64,000 nt of DNA from Candidatus Bathyarchaeia archaeon (GCA_050012255.1 JBEKHN010000009.1:30660-94659); one strand, 5' to 3'. Shown: positions 39,088 through 49,681, counted from the stretch's first letter. Numbers and translations: made by a program. Notes: generated by a model not told the origin, from the sequence alone.

Positions 39088-40182
39088 TTAGCTTTTCCAG
39101 TCTGGTGCCGAGCCAGTTTCAGTGTTCTGCCTTGTGATGACAGCTTTCAAGCCTATCCATTGCTGTGCCCCAAAACCTATGAAAAACCTCAGCCACAACG
39201 TTAACAAACGCATCAAAATCGTGGCAGTTGCGCTTATTGTCCAAGGAACCCCGAAAAAGACAAGCAGCGTTGTCAAGGTTATTTCTGGCAGGCCTACTTC
39301 AAACGGAACCCCTATCGGAGCAGACTTTACAGCCACGAAGATCGCGGAGATCACCAGTATCGCACTCCAGCTTATTTGAGGGTATCCCACGGACACGAAC
39401 GTGAGATAGAACACTGACATAGACAGGACCCACGCAATCACCGCGGAAAGAGAGGCGATGAACAGCGTTCTCGGAGAGTGCACGTATTCTTTGATTGCGA
39501 CGTGAAAAGCCCTGTGAATTTCAACAACTTCTTCCCGCAGCTTCTTTAATCTCCAATGCCCCCTGCTCACACGCTCTGCAAACCCGATCACGCCGTCAAC
39601 GATGCGGAAAGTCCACTTTTCTCTGAAGCATAGGAGAAGAACCAGAATGAAGGAAAGGGAAATCGCAGTGATGAGAAAAAGTACAAGGCCCAGCACAATT
39701 CCGTAAAGCTGGCTCTCAAACAGGAGAAGGCCCGCACCTACCAACAAAGCTGCGATGTTTATTCCCATTCCAATAAGTCTCTGTGCAACAACAGAGGCTG
39801 CTGCTTTCCCTGCCGCTCCATCTTGCTCCCTGTTCACCAGGTAGATTCTGGTGATTTCCCCGCTTACGGACTCTGCAGGGATCAGCGTGTCGACGAATAT
39901 CCCTGCCCAAACGAAGGCGAATGACTTGAACACTGAAAGCCTCACTGAAAGGAACCTGAGCAAGAAGTGCCAAGCTAGAGTGAAAAAGACTATGTCAAGA
40001 ACGGATGCCATTGCCGCTAGAATGTAATAGTAGGGGTTAGTATGTTGCACTTTTACGATGATCTCTCGGATGTCAACGTTAAAAACGTAGATGTAAACGA
40101 AGAAGACGACCAGTCCAATGATCAGCAGTAGCGGAGTTTTCCAAGTAACCTTATACTTCGGTGCAGACAAAAGCGTTCGCAC
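39088..40182 (-). CDS. UPF0104 / lysylphosphatidylglycerol-synthase-TM (flippase-like) membrane protein
   Basis: P...SGEITRIY, QRL, VG.PE, RLLTLW; multiple TM. Confidence 0.82.
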   Translation of the reverse strand: MRTLLSAPKYKVTWKTPLLLIIGLVVFFVYIYVFNVDIREIIVKVQHTNPYYYILAAMASVLDIVFFTLAWHFLLRFLSVRLSVFKSFAFVWAGIFVDTLIPAESVSGEITRIYLVNREQDGAAGKAAASVVAQRLIGMGINIAALLVGAGLLLFESQLYGIVLGLVLFLITAISLSFILVLLLCFREKWTFRIVDGVIGFAERVSRGHWRLKKLREEVVEIHRAFHVAIKEYVHSPRTLFIASLSAVIAWVLSMSVFYLTFVSVGYPQISWSAILVISAIFVAVKSAPIGVPFEVGLPEITLTTLLVFFGVPWTISATATILMRLLTLWLRFFIGFGAQQWIGLKAVITRQNTETGSAPDWKS

Positions 40183-40316
40183 CCATCAGCCAAAGCAAGA
40201 GGGCACTCAGCACCATTATATACTTTGCCAATTTCCACACGGGCACCGCCGGTTTCTCCCCGAATGATAACAAAGCCTTGTACCTCAAGCATTAAATTCT
40301 ATCAGCTCGTACATAG

Positions 40317-40886
40317 GTGCAGATGGCGCCTATGTTGACGCGTGGACAAGCCCTCGAGTTGGTGAAGAACCACGTCTTGAAGAAGAACATCGTTTGTCAC
40401 ATGATCGCCGTTGAGGCTATAATGAGAGAATTGGCCACGTACCTCGCAGAAGACAAGGAGAAGTGGGGACTGACAGGCTTGCTTCACGATGTAGACTACG
40501 AAGGAACTGAGGCGACACCCGCGCGTCACAGTCTTTTGGCTGAGGACATGTTGAAAGAGTCCGTGAGTGGAGATGTGATAAGAGCGGTCAAGGCTCATAA
40601 CTTTGAGCACACGGCCGTTAAGCCTCAAACAAAAATGGAGAAAGCCTTGATCGCTGCTGACGCGGTTTCAGGTCTGCTTATTGCCTGCGCTCTAGTCATG
40701 CCTTCGAAAAAGCTTGCAGACTTGAGGGTCGAATCGGTAGCCAAAAAGTTCAGGGACAAGGACTTTGCGAGAGGCGCGGACAGGGAGAGGATACTCTTCT
40801 GCGAGCAGATAGGGATCCCCAGGGAGAAGTTTCTCGACATATCATTGAGCGGGTTGAAGAAATCAGCCTCGCAGATAGGTCTATAA
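40317..40886 (+). CDS. HDIG-domain phosphohydrolase
   Basis: HMIAVEA, GLLHDVD, H.L, AVKAH, ADAVSG, FARG; start may be 40323 or 40332. Confidence 0.9.
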   Translation: MQMAPMLTRGQALELVKNHVLKKNIVCHMIAVEAIMRELATYLAEDKEKWGLTGLLHDVDYEGTEATPARHSLLAEDMLKESVSGDVIRAVKAHNFEHTAVKPQTKMEKALIAADAVSGLLIACALVMPSKKLADLRVESVAKKFRDKDFARGADRERILFCEQIGIPREKFLDISLSGLKKSASQIGL

Positions 40887-40977
40887 AACTGCTCACTATG
40901 CAGAACCGAACAGCCACTGCAACTTCTTAAATAGTGAAATCGACTGGAATAGATACAAAACTTGGGAGTTGAGACTC

Positions 40978-41979
40978 ATGTCCGCTGTGTTCGAGATCGA
41001 GCTCAAGAAGATTCATCCGTCAAAGCTTAACCCGAGGTTGGAAGTGAACATAGAGCGCCTCAACGAGCTTGCTGCCAGCATAAGAGAGGTCGGCCTGCTT
41101 CAGCCTATTATCGTCAGGCCGTTGAACGGCGAGTTTGAAGTAGTCCTGGGTGAAAGGCGCTACAGGGCTTCGCAGCAAGCTGGGCTTGAGAAGATTCCTG
41201 TCATCGTTAGAGAGTACAGTGACGATGCAGTTGTGCAATTAAACTTGATCGAGAACGTGCAGAGAGAGGACCTCAGTGCAATCGAAAAAGGAAAGGTCTG
41301 CAGGTATCTTCTAGACAATTGTGGCGAAAAATATCCTTCTCAGGCTGCGGTAGCCAAGAAGATCGGTGTCAGCAGCGATGCCGTCTCTCTTTGGCTGCGA
41401 ACGGTTGAAGTGGTCCCGAAGGAAGCGCAGAAATACGTGGCTCCTTCAACGGTTTCTGGGCAGGTGCCTGAGGGTAAGATAGATTATTTGACAGCTGTGA
41501 GGGTGGGGCGGGCGGTTCAAGACCCTGGAAAGAGGGTGGAAGTGATCAAGAAGCTGGCTGAGAAGAGGCTTCCGGCGAAGGAAAAGGCGCAGGTCATCGA
41601 GAAGTTGGCCCATGAGCCGGAAAAGCCGGTTGAGCAAGTCATACAAGAGGTTGCGGAGGCCCCCTACGAGATGCAGTTCGAAGCAGTCGACAAGGAGCCG
41701 CTGCTCAAGGGAATGAAAACTCAGACTTCCAGAACAGGCGTACCTGACCCCAAGATCAAGGCGGGCGCAATAGTTCGCGCAGCCATATGGGAACCCCACG
41801 TTGCAGACCTGCAAATCTCATCCGTTGAAAGGAAACGTTTGAAATACTTTGATGAAGAAGACGCGAAGAGAGAAGGCGGATACACTCTGGAGCAGTTCAA
41901 GAAACTTTGGAAAAAAACGCATGCCGAATGGGATGAGGACCAGCTTGTCTACGTCATTCACTTCGAGAAAATCAAATAG
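40978..41979 (+). CDS. ParB/Spo0J-family protein with C-terminal ASCH domain
   Basis: NPR, GLLQPIIVR, GERRYRA, ENVQREDL, HTH; C-terminal G.KTQTSR..DAKREG..FKKLW..VYVIHF. Confidence 0.85.
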   Translation: MSAVFEIELKKIHPSKLNPRLEVNIERLNELAASIREVGLLQPIIVRPLNGEFEVVLGERRYRASQQAGLEKIPVIVREYSDDAVVQLNLIENVQREDLSAIEKGKVCRYLLDNCGEKYPSQAAVAKKIGVSSDAVSLWLRTVEVVPKEAQKYVAPSTVSGQVPEGKIDYLTAVRVGRAVQDPGKRVEVIKKLAEKRLPAKEKAQVIEKLAHEPEKPVEQVIQEVAEAPYEMQFEAVDKEPLLKGMKTQTSRTGVPDPKIKAGAIVRAAIWEPHVADLQISSVERKRLKYFDEEDAKREGGYTLEQFKKLWKKTHAEWDEDQLVYVIHFEKIK

Positions 41980-42116
41980 TCATGTTAAAAGAAGCACCAT
42001 GCTAAAGCCCTTTTCACTTTTCGCGCCCAATCCCGGCTCAACGATGCGGCGAATCTGGACGAATTCTAGCTCGCACAATTAGCATTGGCTTATATGAAAA
42101 ACCCATGAGGCAGGCC

Positions 42117-42644
42117 TTAGACGATGTACTTGTCGGGCTTTTCGAAGTCCTTAACGATTTCCATGACTCTTTTGGGAACGTTCACGCTGTCAAGAGGTAT
42201 CCCATTAAGGAGGGCCCAAGGACTCTTAACGGCTATGCGAGTTGCAACATCGTCTTGACCGAAAGATTTGCTGCACACCTCAATAACGAGCCCTCTGACG
42301 CCGGCCTCAGAGACTTCACCCAGAGCGTGCAAGTATTCGTGCAGCAACAAATTGTACACCAAGGCGTTAACCACCCTCTTGCTTTCAATTGCTGCTTCCA
42401 CGATCTGAACCAGAATTCTGTTCAAAACGATGTTGTTGGTCCCCAGCGAGTGGTAGGCGCCAAGCTGAATCGGCAGGTCATCCAGAAAAAGCATCATGCT
42501 GCCTCTTCGCCTGTGTAGGGCAACCTCCACCGTGTCCTTGACGATTTCCCAGACCTCACCGTAGCTAACGGCGTTCTTTAATCGGCTGCGATACTGTTCA
42601 ACTGAAGACGAATCTCCTTCGCTCTTCAAACCATTCCTCGGCAA
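42117..42644 (-). CDS. Hypothetical protein with zincin HExxH motif
   Basis: GAYH..GTN.IVLN, LLHEYLHALG. Confidence 0.75.
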   Translation of the reverse strand: MPRNGLKSEGDSSSVEQYRSRLKNAVSYGEVWEIVKDTVEVALHRRRGSMMLFLDDLPIQLGAYHSLGTNNIVLNRILVQIVEAAIESKRVVNALVYNLLLHEYLHALGEVSEAGVRGLVIEVCSKSFGQDDVATRIAVKSPWALLNGIPLDSVNVPKRVMEIVKDFEKPDKYIV

Positions 42645-42864
42645 GAGTCAGAACTGCCAAACGCTTATATGGTATGTGGAGCCAAAGCATCCGCCTGAAA
42701 CATTGTTCCGCGAAGATGCTTGTTTGCGCAGTTGCTCGGCATTACTTCTAGAAGTTCAAACAGGACGGATGGTCGACGAGCCGTTAATAAACATTGCCGG
42801 AACAAGCCCAGGTAGAAAAATCGTTTCCCAATAGGCTGCACCCCGCCAGAACTTCGAATGTGAT

Positions 42865-45000
42865 TTAGTTTTGGCACTCGTTTGTGATCGTCGGCAACGA
42901 AGATTCTGGTACGGACGTGCAGACCTCTTCTAGCTTCGGCTGGTTGATGGGAATACTTACTGTGAAAGTCGTTCCCTTTGCCAAAGCGGTTTCCACAGCG
43001 ATTTTGCCTCCGTGTGCTTCCACGATCCGTTTGCAGATGGGCAGGCCGAAGCCCATGCCTTTCGCCTTTGTCGTGTACAACGGTGACCACATGTTTTGCA
43101 GCATATGATCCGTCATGCCTGTTCCCGTGTCTGAAAAAGCAATTTCGCAGTCATCAGTGGATCTTTTGCTTTTGATTGTTAGTCTTCCTCCCTTCGGCAT
43201 GGCTTCCACAGCATTCTTTATTATATTGACAAAGGCTCTTTTCAATTTGTCAACGTCAACTTCTACCTTCGGCTCGTTCTCCGTCAAATCCAAGACCTTC
43301 ACGTTTCTTGGAATTTTTACGAGAGACAAGGCCTCTTCTACCACCGCTTTGGGGCTGCTTTCAACCAGTTCAAGCTTGATTTCTCTTGAATAGTCCAGGA
43401 GGTCGTTGATGATCTTATTAGAGTATGCAATGTTTTTCTCGATGATTTCGAGCATCTCTCTTGCCTTGTCATTCGTCTTCTCACCCACTTTGTTCTTCAG
43501 GTAATAGGCTGCACCCGTTATGCCCGTCAAGGGATTGCGTAGGTCATGGCCAACCATCCCAGCCAGCTCACCGATCGCTGCGAGTCTTTCGGACTTGAGA
43601 AGTCGGTTTTGAGCTTCTTTCAACTCTCGCGTCCTCTCTTCAACCTTCGCTTCGAGATGGTCTGCGTATTCCTCAAGTTTGGCCCCGGCATCGTTCAACT
43701 GCTGAATCAGCTGAGCATTTTCGATGGCCACTGCCGCCTGGCTTAGGAAGAGTTCCAGAGGTGCCAGAGATTCCAGAGTGGGTTTCTTCCCATCCATAGG
43801 ATCATCCATGACTAGTCGACCTACGATGCGTCCGTCAGCCAATCGCAGCGGAGCGTATAGCATGTCTTGTGGGTCCCAGTCAATCATGTCTTCAGCTTTG
43901 AGATGGCTTTCAACGAGGTTGCTGGAGCTTCTCTGTCTTTCTCTAACCCAAGGGTCACTCCAAGGCAAGTAGTAGAATTCGCCGATTCTGAAACGCTCAT
44001 ACTCTGGCCCAAAATGTTCACGAAGGACGTTCCCCGGCGGTCTGTTGTTCCACATGTGTTCTCTCTCTTCATCCGTTAAGCCCACGGTTACCAAGTCATC
44101 GGGGCTCCTCATCTCCATGTTCTCGTCTCTAACGGAGATAGCAACTCTTCGCCACCCAAGGTCTCTGATTGCCTCAGCGATCGTTTGGAGACGTCGCCGC
44201 AAGCTTGCGGAGTGAATGATCTCAGCAGAGCTCTTCAGCAGCAAAGCCATTTGGTCACTGCGCTTCTCAATTTCCCCTCGTCTCAAGAGGTTGATGATCG
44301 CTGTCCCAGCATGCGAAGCCAAGACCTGAAGCAAGGTCGCATCCTTCTCACTGAATGCTCCTTGTTTGCTGCTTTCGACGTTCAGAACGCCTAGGATCTT
44401 GTCATCTGCAGCGACTGGAACGGCAAGCTCTGACCCTATTCCAGGGTAGCCTGCAACATATTCCTTGTCTTTACTCACGTCTGAAACAAGAATAGGTGCG
44501 CCTGTCTTCATCGCTCTCACTGTTACACCGTTTGCCCCGTCGACAGGAAGTTGACGGAGTTGTGGTTCCGAACGTCCGCGGTAACATACAACCTTAAGAG
44601 TGCTTCTCTCTGCAACCATAAACGTGGCATATTCAAAACCCAATGTTTTCTCCATAGCGTCTACAGTTAATTCATAGACTCCTTGAAGATCCTTCGCCGT
44701 GTTCAGTTTTCCGCCGTAGAAGTTTAATGCAGAAAGTCTTTCCTCTGTCTTCCTGCTATTAGCTAGGGATCCGTGGATGAAAATTCCGAGAACGACAAAA
44801 GATGCCAGAATGTATAACCGCGCAGAGAAGGGGGCGGGCGAAGTGGACGTTAAAACATCCAAAAATGGTCCATAGTGGTAGACGAATGCATCAACTGCCA
44901 CATCTAATATGTAGGCAGATACCCCAGCGACAATGATGAGGATGATTACTGCGTGTTCGTCTCTCAACTTCGATTTTTGTTTGAATTTGGAAGGATTCAT
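42865..45000 (-). CDS. Membrane GAF-GAF sensor histidine kinase
   Basis: 2 TM, SELAVP/GVLNVES GAF, GHDLRNPL H-box, NAVEAM, DTGTG, GFGL. Confidence 0.93.
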   Translation of the reverse strand: MNPSKFKQKSKLRDEHAVIILIIVAGVSAYILDVAVDAFVYHYGPFLDVLTSTSPAPFSARLYILASFVVLGIFIHGSLANSRKTEERLSALNFYGGKLNTAKDLQGVYELTVDAMEKTLGFEYATFMVAERSTLKVVCYRGRSEPQLRQLPVDGANGVTVRAMKTGAPILVSDVSKDKEYVAGYPGIGSELAVPVAADDKILGVLNVESSKQGAFSEKDATLLQVLASHAGTAIINLLRRGEIEKRSDQMALLLKSSAEIIHSASLRRRLQTIAEAIRDLGWRRVAISVRDENMEMRSPDDLVTVGLTDEEREHMWNNRPPGNVLREHFGPEYERFRIGEFYYLPWSDPWVRERQRSSSNLVESHLKAEDMIDWDPQDMLYAPLRLADGRIVGRLVMDDPMDGKKPTLESLAPLELFLSQAAVAIENAQLIQQLNDAGAKLEEYADHLEAKVEERTRELKEAQNRLLKSERLAAIGELAGMVGHDLRNPLTGITGAAYYLKNKVGEKTNDKAREMLEIIEKNIAYSNKIINDLLDYSREIKLELVESSPKAVVEEALSLVKIPRNVKVLDLTENEPKVEVDVDKLKRAFVNIIKNAVEAMPKGGRLTIKSKRSTDDCEIAFSDTGTGMTDHMLQNMWSPLYTTKAKGMGFGLPICKRIVEAHGGKIAVETALAKGTTFTVSIPINQPKLEEVCTSVPESSLPTITNECQN

Positions 45001-45221
45001 GTCTTTTATGATTGTAATCCCTCTTATGCTTACGCTCTCAAAGGCATCCTTAGACGGCGAGCATTCAACAAAGAACCTGTTGCCTAAATAAAGCAGTTAT
45101 GAAAACACAATCATTATCAGAGATTAGAGCACGTGTCCATCGAATCATGCCAAAACCCTTGAAGAATGCCTTAAGTACGAGAAGCGGCCTTCAACCGATT
45201 GGCTCTTTGGAGGTTGAGGGT

Positions 45222-45656
45222 TTGAGCAAGGACAGCGCGAAGGAAATCTTTTCCAAGTACAAGACCGTTGCTGTTGTGGGGCTGTCGCGCGACCTCTCCA
45301 AGGAAAGTCACCGAGTGGCTGAATACTTGAAGAGTCAAGGGTTCCGTATTGTTCCCGTGAACCCCACCGCGGACGAGGTCTTAGGGGAGAAAAGCTACAA
45401 GAGTCTGCTTGACATTCCGCCTGAAATTCAGAAGACCCTGGACATCGTTGACATCTTCAGACCCTCCGTCGATGTGCCGCCAATAGTTGAAGAGGCGGTT
45501 AAGCTGAAGGAACGCTACGACAGGCCATACGTCGTTTGGATGCAGCTTGGAATAATCAACGAGCAAGCGGCAACAACTGCGAGAGCCGCAGGCCTAACAG
45601 TTGTCACGAACAGGTGTATGATGGTGGAACACAAGAAGCTGTTTCCAAACCATTGA
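45222..45656 (+). CDS. CoA-binding protein (YccU-like)
   Basis: VAVVGLS, PVNP, VDIFRPS, WMQLG, NRCM; start set at TTG 45222 after GGAGG. Confidence 0.88.
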   Translation: MSKDSAKEIFSKYKTVAVVGLSRDLSKESHRVAEYLKSQGFRIVPVNPTADEVLGEKSYKSLLDIPPEIQKTLDIVDIFRPSVDVPPIVEEAVKLKERYDRPYVVWMQLGIINEQAATTARAAGLTVVTNRCMMVEHKKLFPNH

Positions 45657-45674
45657 TGACGCGCTTCACGATGC

Positions 45675-47303
45675 CTACCTGAATTCAGGCTTCCGCCTGC
45701 CTTGCTTTTTGTCTAGGCACGCTTTTACGAAACCGTAGTATTCTGGGTCAGGTCTCCCAGGTCGACTCTTGAACTCTCCATGAAACTGTGACGCGAAGAA
45801 GAAGAAGTGATCGGGCAGTTCCAGAATCTCCATCCTCCTCGCGTCTGTGCTCTTTCCAGAGAACACCAGCCCGTTCTTTCGAAGAGTTTCGGAATAGTCG
45901 AGGTTGACTTCGAACCTGTGGCGGTGTCGCTCGTAGACTTCGCCGCTGTTGTAAAGGAAATGCGCCAGCGTGTCGGGTTCGACCACTATTTTGTGAGCAC
46001 CAAGCCGCATCGTCGCCCCCTTGAGCTCTATTCCCCGCTGTTCAGGCATCAAGTCGATCACCGGATAGGCCGAGCTAGGGTTGATCTCCGTGCTGTTCGC
46101 GTCCGTCAAGCCGCAGACGTCACGGGCAAACTCTATCACCGCAAGCTGGAAACCATAGCATATGCCGAGAAAGGGGATGTCGTTCTCTCTTGCGAACCTG
46201 ATCGCCGTTATCTTTCCTTCGGTCCCTCGCGGGCCGAAGCCGTAAGGCACGAATATTCCATCAACGTCTTCAAGCATCTTCGCGCAGTCAGGATTTTGCT
46301 CAAGCTTCTCAGCTTCAATATAATCCACACACACTCTGCTCCTGCACGCTGCGCCAGCGTGTTTCATAGCTTCGCTCATGCTCACGTAGCTGTCAGCAAG
46401 GTTCGCATACTTGCCTACCAGAGCAATCTTCACTTCGTGCTCTGGCTTCAAGACTGCGTCTACAAAGCTTCTCCAATCCTTAAAGTCTTGTGATCGCTCT
46501 GAAAACCCAAGCCTCTTGCAGATGAAATTGCTCATGCCCTGTTCATCCAGAATGAGAGGAACCTGATAGATAGACGGCACGTTGTACGAGCAGAAGACCG
46601 CATTCTCGGGTATCGTGCCGAAAAGGGCGATCTTTCTAAGGGCTTCAGAGTCGATCATCTCAGGGCTTCTCGCAACGATCGTGTCCGGCTGTATACCGAT
46701 CCGCCGCAGTTCGTTCACGCTGTGCTGAAGCGGTTTCGTCTTCATTTCTCCTGTGACATCCAGTATCGGAACCAGGGCAACATGCACGTACAGGGTGTTT
46801 TCGTAGCCCTCTTCCAGACGCATCTGCCGAATCGCTTCAAGAAAGGGTAGACCTTCAATGTCCCCCACTGTGCCTCCGACCTCGGTTAAGACGACATCTG
46901 CACCTGAGTCTTTTGCAACGTCGCGGATGCGATGTTTTATCTCGTTCGTTACATGTGGCACGATTTGCACGCATCTTCCGAGGAAGTCACCCCTCCTCTC
47001 TTTCTCGATCACTGCCTTGTACACCAAGCCCGTTGTGATGTTGTTCTCCTTCTTCAGGTTCAAGTCGAGAAAGCGTTCGTACCAGCCCAAGTCGAGGTCC
47101 GTCTCGCCGCCGTCGTCCGTCACGTAGACCTCGCCGTGCATGTAGGGGTTCATAGTTCCAGCATCAACATTCACGTAGGGATCAATCTTTGTCACGCTGA
47201 CCTTGAGCCCTCTTGCCTGAAGAATCTTGCCGATAGAAGAAGTCAAAATCCCCTTCCCAACAGAGCTCAGAACGCCGCCAGTCACAAAAACGTACTTAAC
47301 CAC
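45675..47303 (-). CDS. pyrG: CTP synthase
   Basis: KYVFVTGGVLSSVGKG, DPYVNVDAGTM, KTKP.QHSV, GICYG, ERHRHR; start set at GTG 47303. Confidence 0.97.
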   Translation of the reverse strand: MVKYVFVTGGVLSSVGKGILTSSIGKILQARGLKVSVTKIDPYVNVDAGTMNPYMHGEVYVTDDGGETDLDLGWYERFLDLNLKKENNITTGLVYKAVIEKERRGDFLGRCVQIVPHVTNEIKHRIRDVAKDSGADVVLTEVGGTVGDIEGLPFLEAIRQMRLEEGYENTLYVHVALVPILDVTGEMKTKPLQHSVNELRRIGIQPDTIVARSPEMIDSEALRKIALFGTIPENAVFCSYNVPSIYQVPLILDEQGMSNFICKRLGFSERSQDFKDWRSFVDAVLKPEHEVKIALVGKYANLADSYVSMSEAMKHAGAACRSRVCVDYIEAEKLEQNPDCAKMLEDVDGIFVPYGFGPRGTEGKITAIRFARENDIPFLGICYGFQLAVIEFARDVCGLTDANSTEINPSSAYPVIDLMPEQRGIELKGATMRLGAHKIVVEPDTLAHFLYNSGEVYERHRHRFEVNLDYSETLRKNGLVFSGKSTDARRMEILELPDHFFFFASQFHGEFKSRPGRPDPEYYGFVKACLDKKQGRRKPEFR

Positions 47304-47526
47304 TTGCTCCCCCTTCCGCAATGAGAAAACGAATAGGCTCAAGTCAGGATTTAAACTCTTTTATCCAGAGTCTTCTCGCAAAGTGATCAAGCGCGAAGAG
47401 AACCAGAAACGGGAAAGAAGCGAATCATCCAAGCAGCTTTTGGACTGGTGGACCTGTGACAGTTAGCGCGCTCAAATCAGCATCCTTAAAAGAGAAACGC
47501 GCGGACATTTCTAAAGAAGGGTTAGA

Positions 47527-48966
47527 ATGAAAGTCATGTTTATTGAGCCGCCTAAAGACATGTGGTTCGTTATGGGCGAATACCTGCCGCCGCCCTATGG
47601 GATCATTCAACTGGCCGCTTACGTCGAGAAGGAAGTCAAGGACGTTGAGATCGAAATCCTCGACTGCAACGCAGAACATGCTGATTGGAGCGAAATGGAG
47701 AAACGGATCGAAGCGTCCAGCCCTGGCATCGTTGCATCCAGCTCGCTGGCCACCTGCAACACGTACGTGGTCGCCAGAACTCTCGAAACAGCCAAGAAAG
47801 TAGACCCAAACATCCTCACGGTCACCGGGGGCCAGCATTTCACGGCAACAGCTCAGGAAAGCCTGAAAGAATATCCCTTGATAGACGTGATCGTGCGCGG
47901 AGAAGGAGAACGAACCCTAGCTGAACTCGTAACCAAGGCAAAAGAGAAATCGAATCTTCCGAAAATCATGGGCATCTCTTTCAGACAGCAAGGAAGAATC
48001 ATCCATAATCCGCCCAGACCGCTGATTGAGAATCTGGAGGAATTGCCTTACCCTGGCTACCACCTCGTACAGCACACAATCAACAAGTATCACTTTGCAA
48101 TGATGGCAGGACGCGACGCGGCCTACGCGCTGATTGAGGGTTCAAGAGGATGCCCGCACGAATGCACCTTCTGCACGCAGTGGAAGCACTGGCAGGGTAC
48201 GTGGAGGCTGAAGTCGCCGAAGCGTGTTGCTGACGAAATGGAATTCTGCCACAGAAACTTCGGCAGCAGGTTCATCTGGTTGACAGACGACAACTTCGGC
48301 GCAGGCACGCGTGCCAGCGACCTTGCTGACGAAATCATCAAAACCGGGGTATCCGACGATGCAACCTGGTTTGTGCAGGCAAGATGCGACGACATAGTCA
48401 GAAACAAGGAAGCCCTGCCGAAACTGCGCAAGTCTGGGCTAAACTGGGTTCTTCTAGGCGTTGAGAACTCTGAACCATCAACGTTGAGCGCGTTTAAGAA
48501 GGACATAACCCCGGAAGAAGCAAAGACAGCGGTGAGGCTTCTCAAAGAGAACGACATCTTCGCACACGTGATGCTCATAGTAGGCGGACGAAAGGACACC
48601 GTCGAGTCGATAAGAAAACAGAGAGAATTCGCAAACACTCTTGACCCAGACTTTGTGATGTTCGGCGTTCTGACACCTTTCCCTGGAACTCAAGTCTACG
48701 AGGAAGCAAGACGAAACGGGTGGATCGAAGACTTCAACTGGTCACATTACGACATGGTCCACGCCATAATGCCGACAGAAACCCTGTCAAGAACGGAGTT
48801 GCAGGAACAGCTTTACGAATGCTACAGGAGCTTCTACGGCCCGTGGAAAAGAAAACTGCAAGGAGTGTTCTCAAGCAACCAGCTGAAAAGAAGGGTCTTC
48901 AGGTACATGGCGGGCAGAGCACTGCTGGAACAATTCAAGAGCCTTTTCCTGGGCGTTGCTGCATGA
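47527..48966 (+). CDS. Cobalamin-binding radical SAM protein (BchE-like/class B)
   Basis: PPYG, GGQH, GEGE, SRGCPHECTFC, DDNF, TPFPGT. Confidence 0.92.
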   Translation: MKVMFIEPPKDMWFVMGEYLPPPYGIIQLAAYVEKEVKDVEIEILDCNAEHADWSEMEKRIEASSPGIVASSSLATCNTYVVARTLETAKKVDPNILTVTGGQHFTATAQESLKEYPLIDVIVRGEGERTLAELVTKAKEKSNLPKIMGISFRQQGRIIHNPPRPLIENLEELPYPGYHLVQHTINKYHFAMMAGRDAAYALIEGSRGCPHECTFCTQWKHWQGTWRLKSPKRVADEMEFCHRNFGSRFIWLTDDNFGAGTRASDLADEIIKTGVSDDATWFVQARCDDIVRNKEALPKLRKSGLNWVLLGVENSEPSTLSAFKKDITPEEAKTAVRLLKENDIFAHVMLIVGGRKDTVESIRKQREFANTLDPDFVMFGVLTPFPGTQVYEEARRNGWIEDFNWSHYDMVHAIMPTETLSRTELQEQLYECYRSFYGPWKRKLQGVFSSNQLKRRVFRYMAGRALLEQFKSLFLGVAA

Positions 48967-49664
48967 AGACCGAAACAAGACTACCGTTCATGATGAAATT
49001 TGCGCTGTTTATTTCGCTGTTCGGTCTGTTAACCACGTTCTTGATGATGGCGTATCCACCGAAAGTTCCAACGGACCTCTTCCTGCGAAGACCGCTGATC
49101 GGCTTCACTTTCATCGTGATATGCGCTGCAGGAACTGCCGCCGCACTTTCGCCGAGAAAATGCTCCACGTCGTTCGACACTCACGTACCCAAAGCAACCT
49201 CAATAAAGGAATCGAAAATCGTGTCTTCAGTGGGCTCCAAAGCACATCATCCGAACTGTGGAAGGTTCTCAGCCCATACAATTCGGTTCAGACGCACCTC
49301 GTATTGCGCCGCGTGCACAGGCTTAGTCATAGGAGCTTCTCTTGCTGTGGCGATGAGTGTTGCTTACTTTTTCTTCGGAATCTCCATAGGAGGATTCAGC
49401 GTTCTGTACGTGGCGATCGGACCACTCGGGCCTCTAGTCGGCTTCATCCAGTTCACGTTCAAGGGATGGGTCCGCGTTGCCGCGAATGCCTTTTTTGTGT
49501 TCGGAAGCTCTTTGATTGTGATCGGAATTGATCAACACATAGGCAGTTTTTTCGTTGACCTGTACATGATAGGTCTAGTCGTGTTTTGGATCATGACACG
49601 AATAACCATTTCACAATGGGATCATTCGAGAATCTGTCTGATTTGCAACTACCAATGCAAATGA
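48963..49664 (+). CDS. Cys/His-rich integral membrane protein (DUF2085-like)
   Basis: ATG 48963 overlaps upstream stop; HHPNC..H..CAACTG and C-terminal H..IC..C...C; about 6 TM. Confidence 0.72.
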   Translation: MKTETRLPFMMKFALFISLFGLLTTFLMMAYPPKVPTDLFLRRPLIGFTFIVICAAGTAAALSPRKCSTSFDTHVPKATSIKESKIVSSVGSKAHHPNCGRFSAHTIRFRRTSYCAACTGLVIGASLAVAMSVAYFFFGISIGGFSVLYVAIGPLGPLVGFIQFTFKGWVRVAANAFFVFGSSLIVIGIDQHIGSFFVDLYMIGLVVFWIMTRITISQWDHSRICLICNYQCK

Positions 49665-49681
49665 AAAAAAGGGTCGGTGTT

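Noticed and set aside
48720-48962. N-terminal extensions in the ORF track (also for 37815, 45099, 56375, 60628, 29747)
   Set aside because: They overlap neighbours or precede the conserved domain; downstream starts with RBS or coupling fit better
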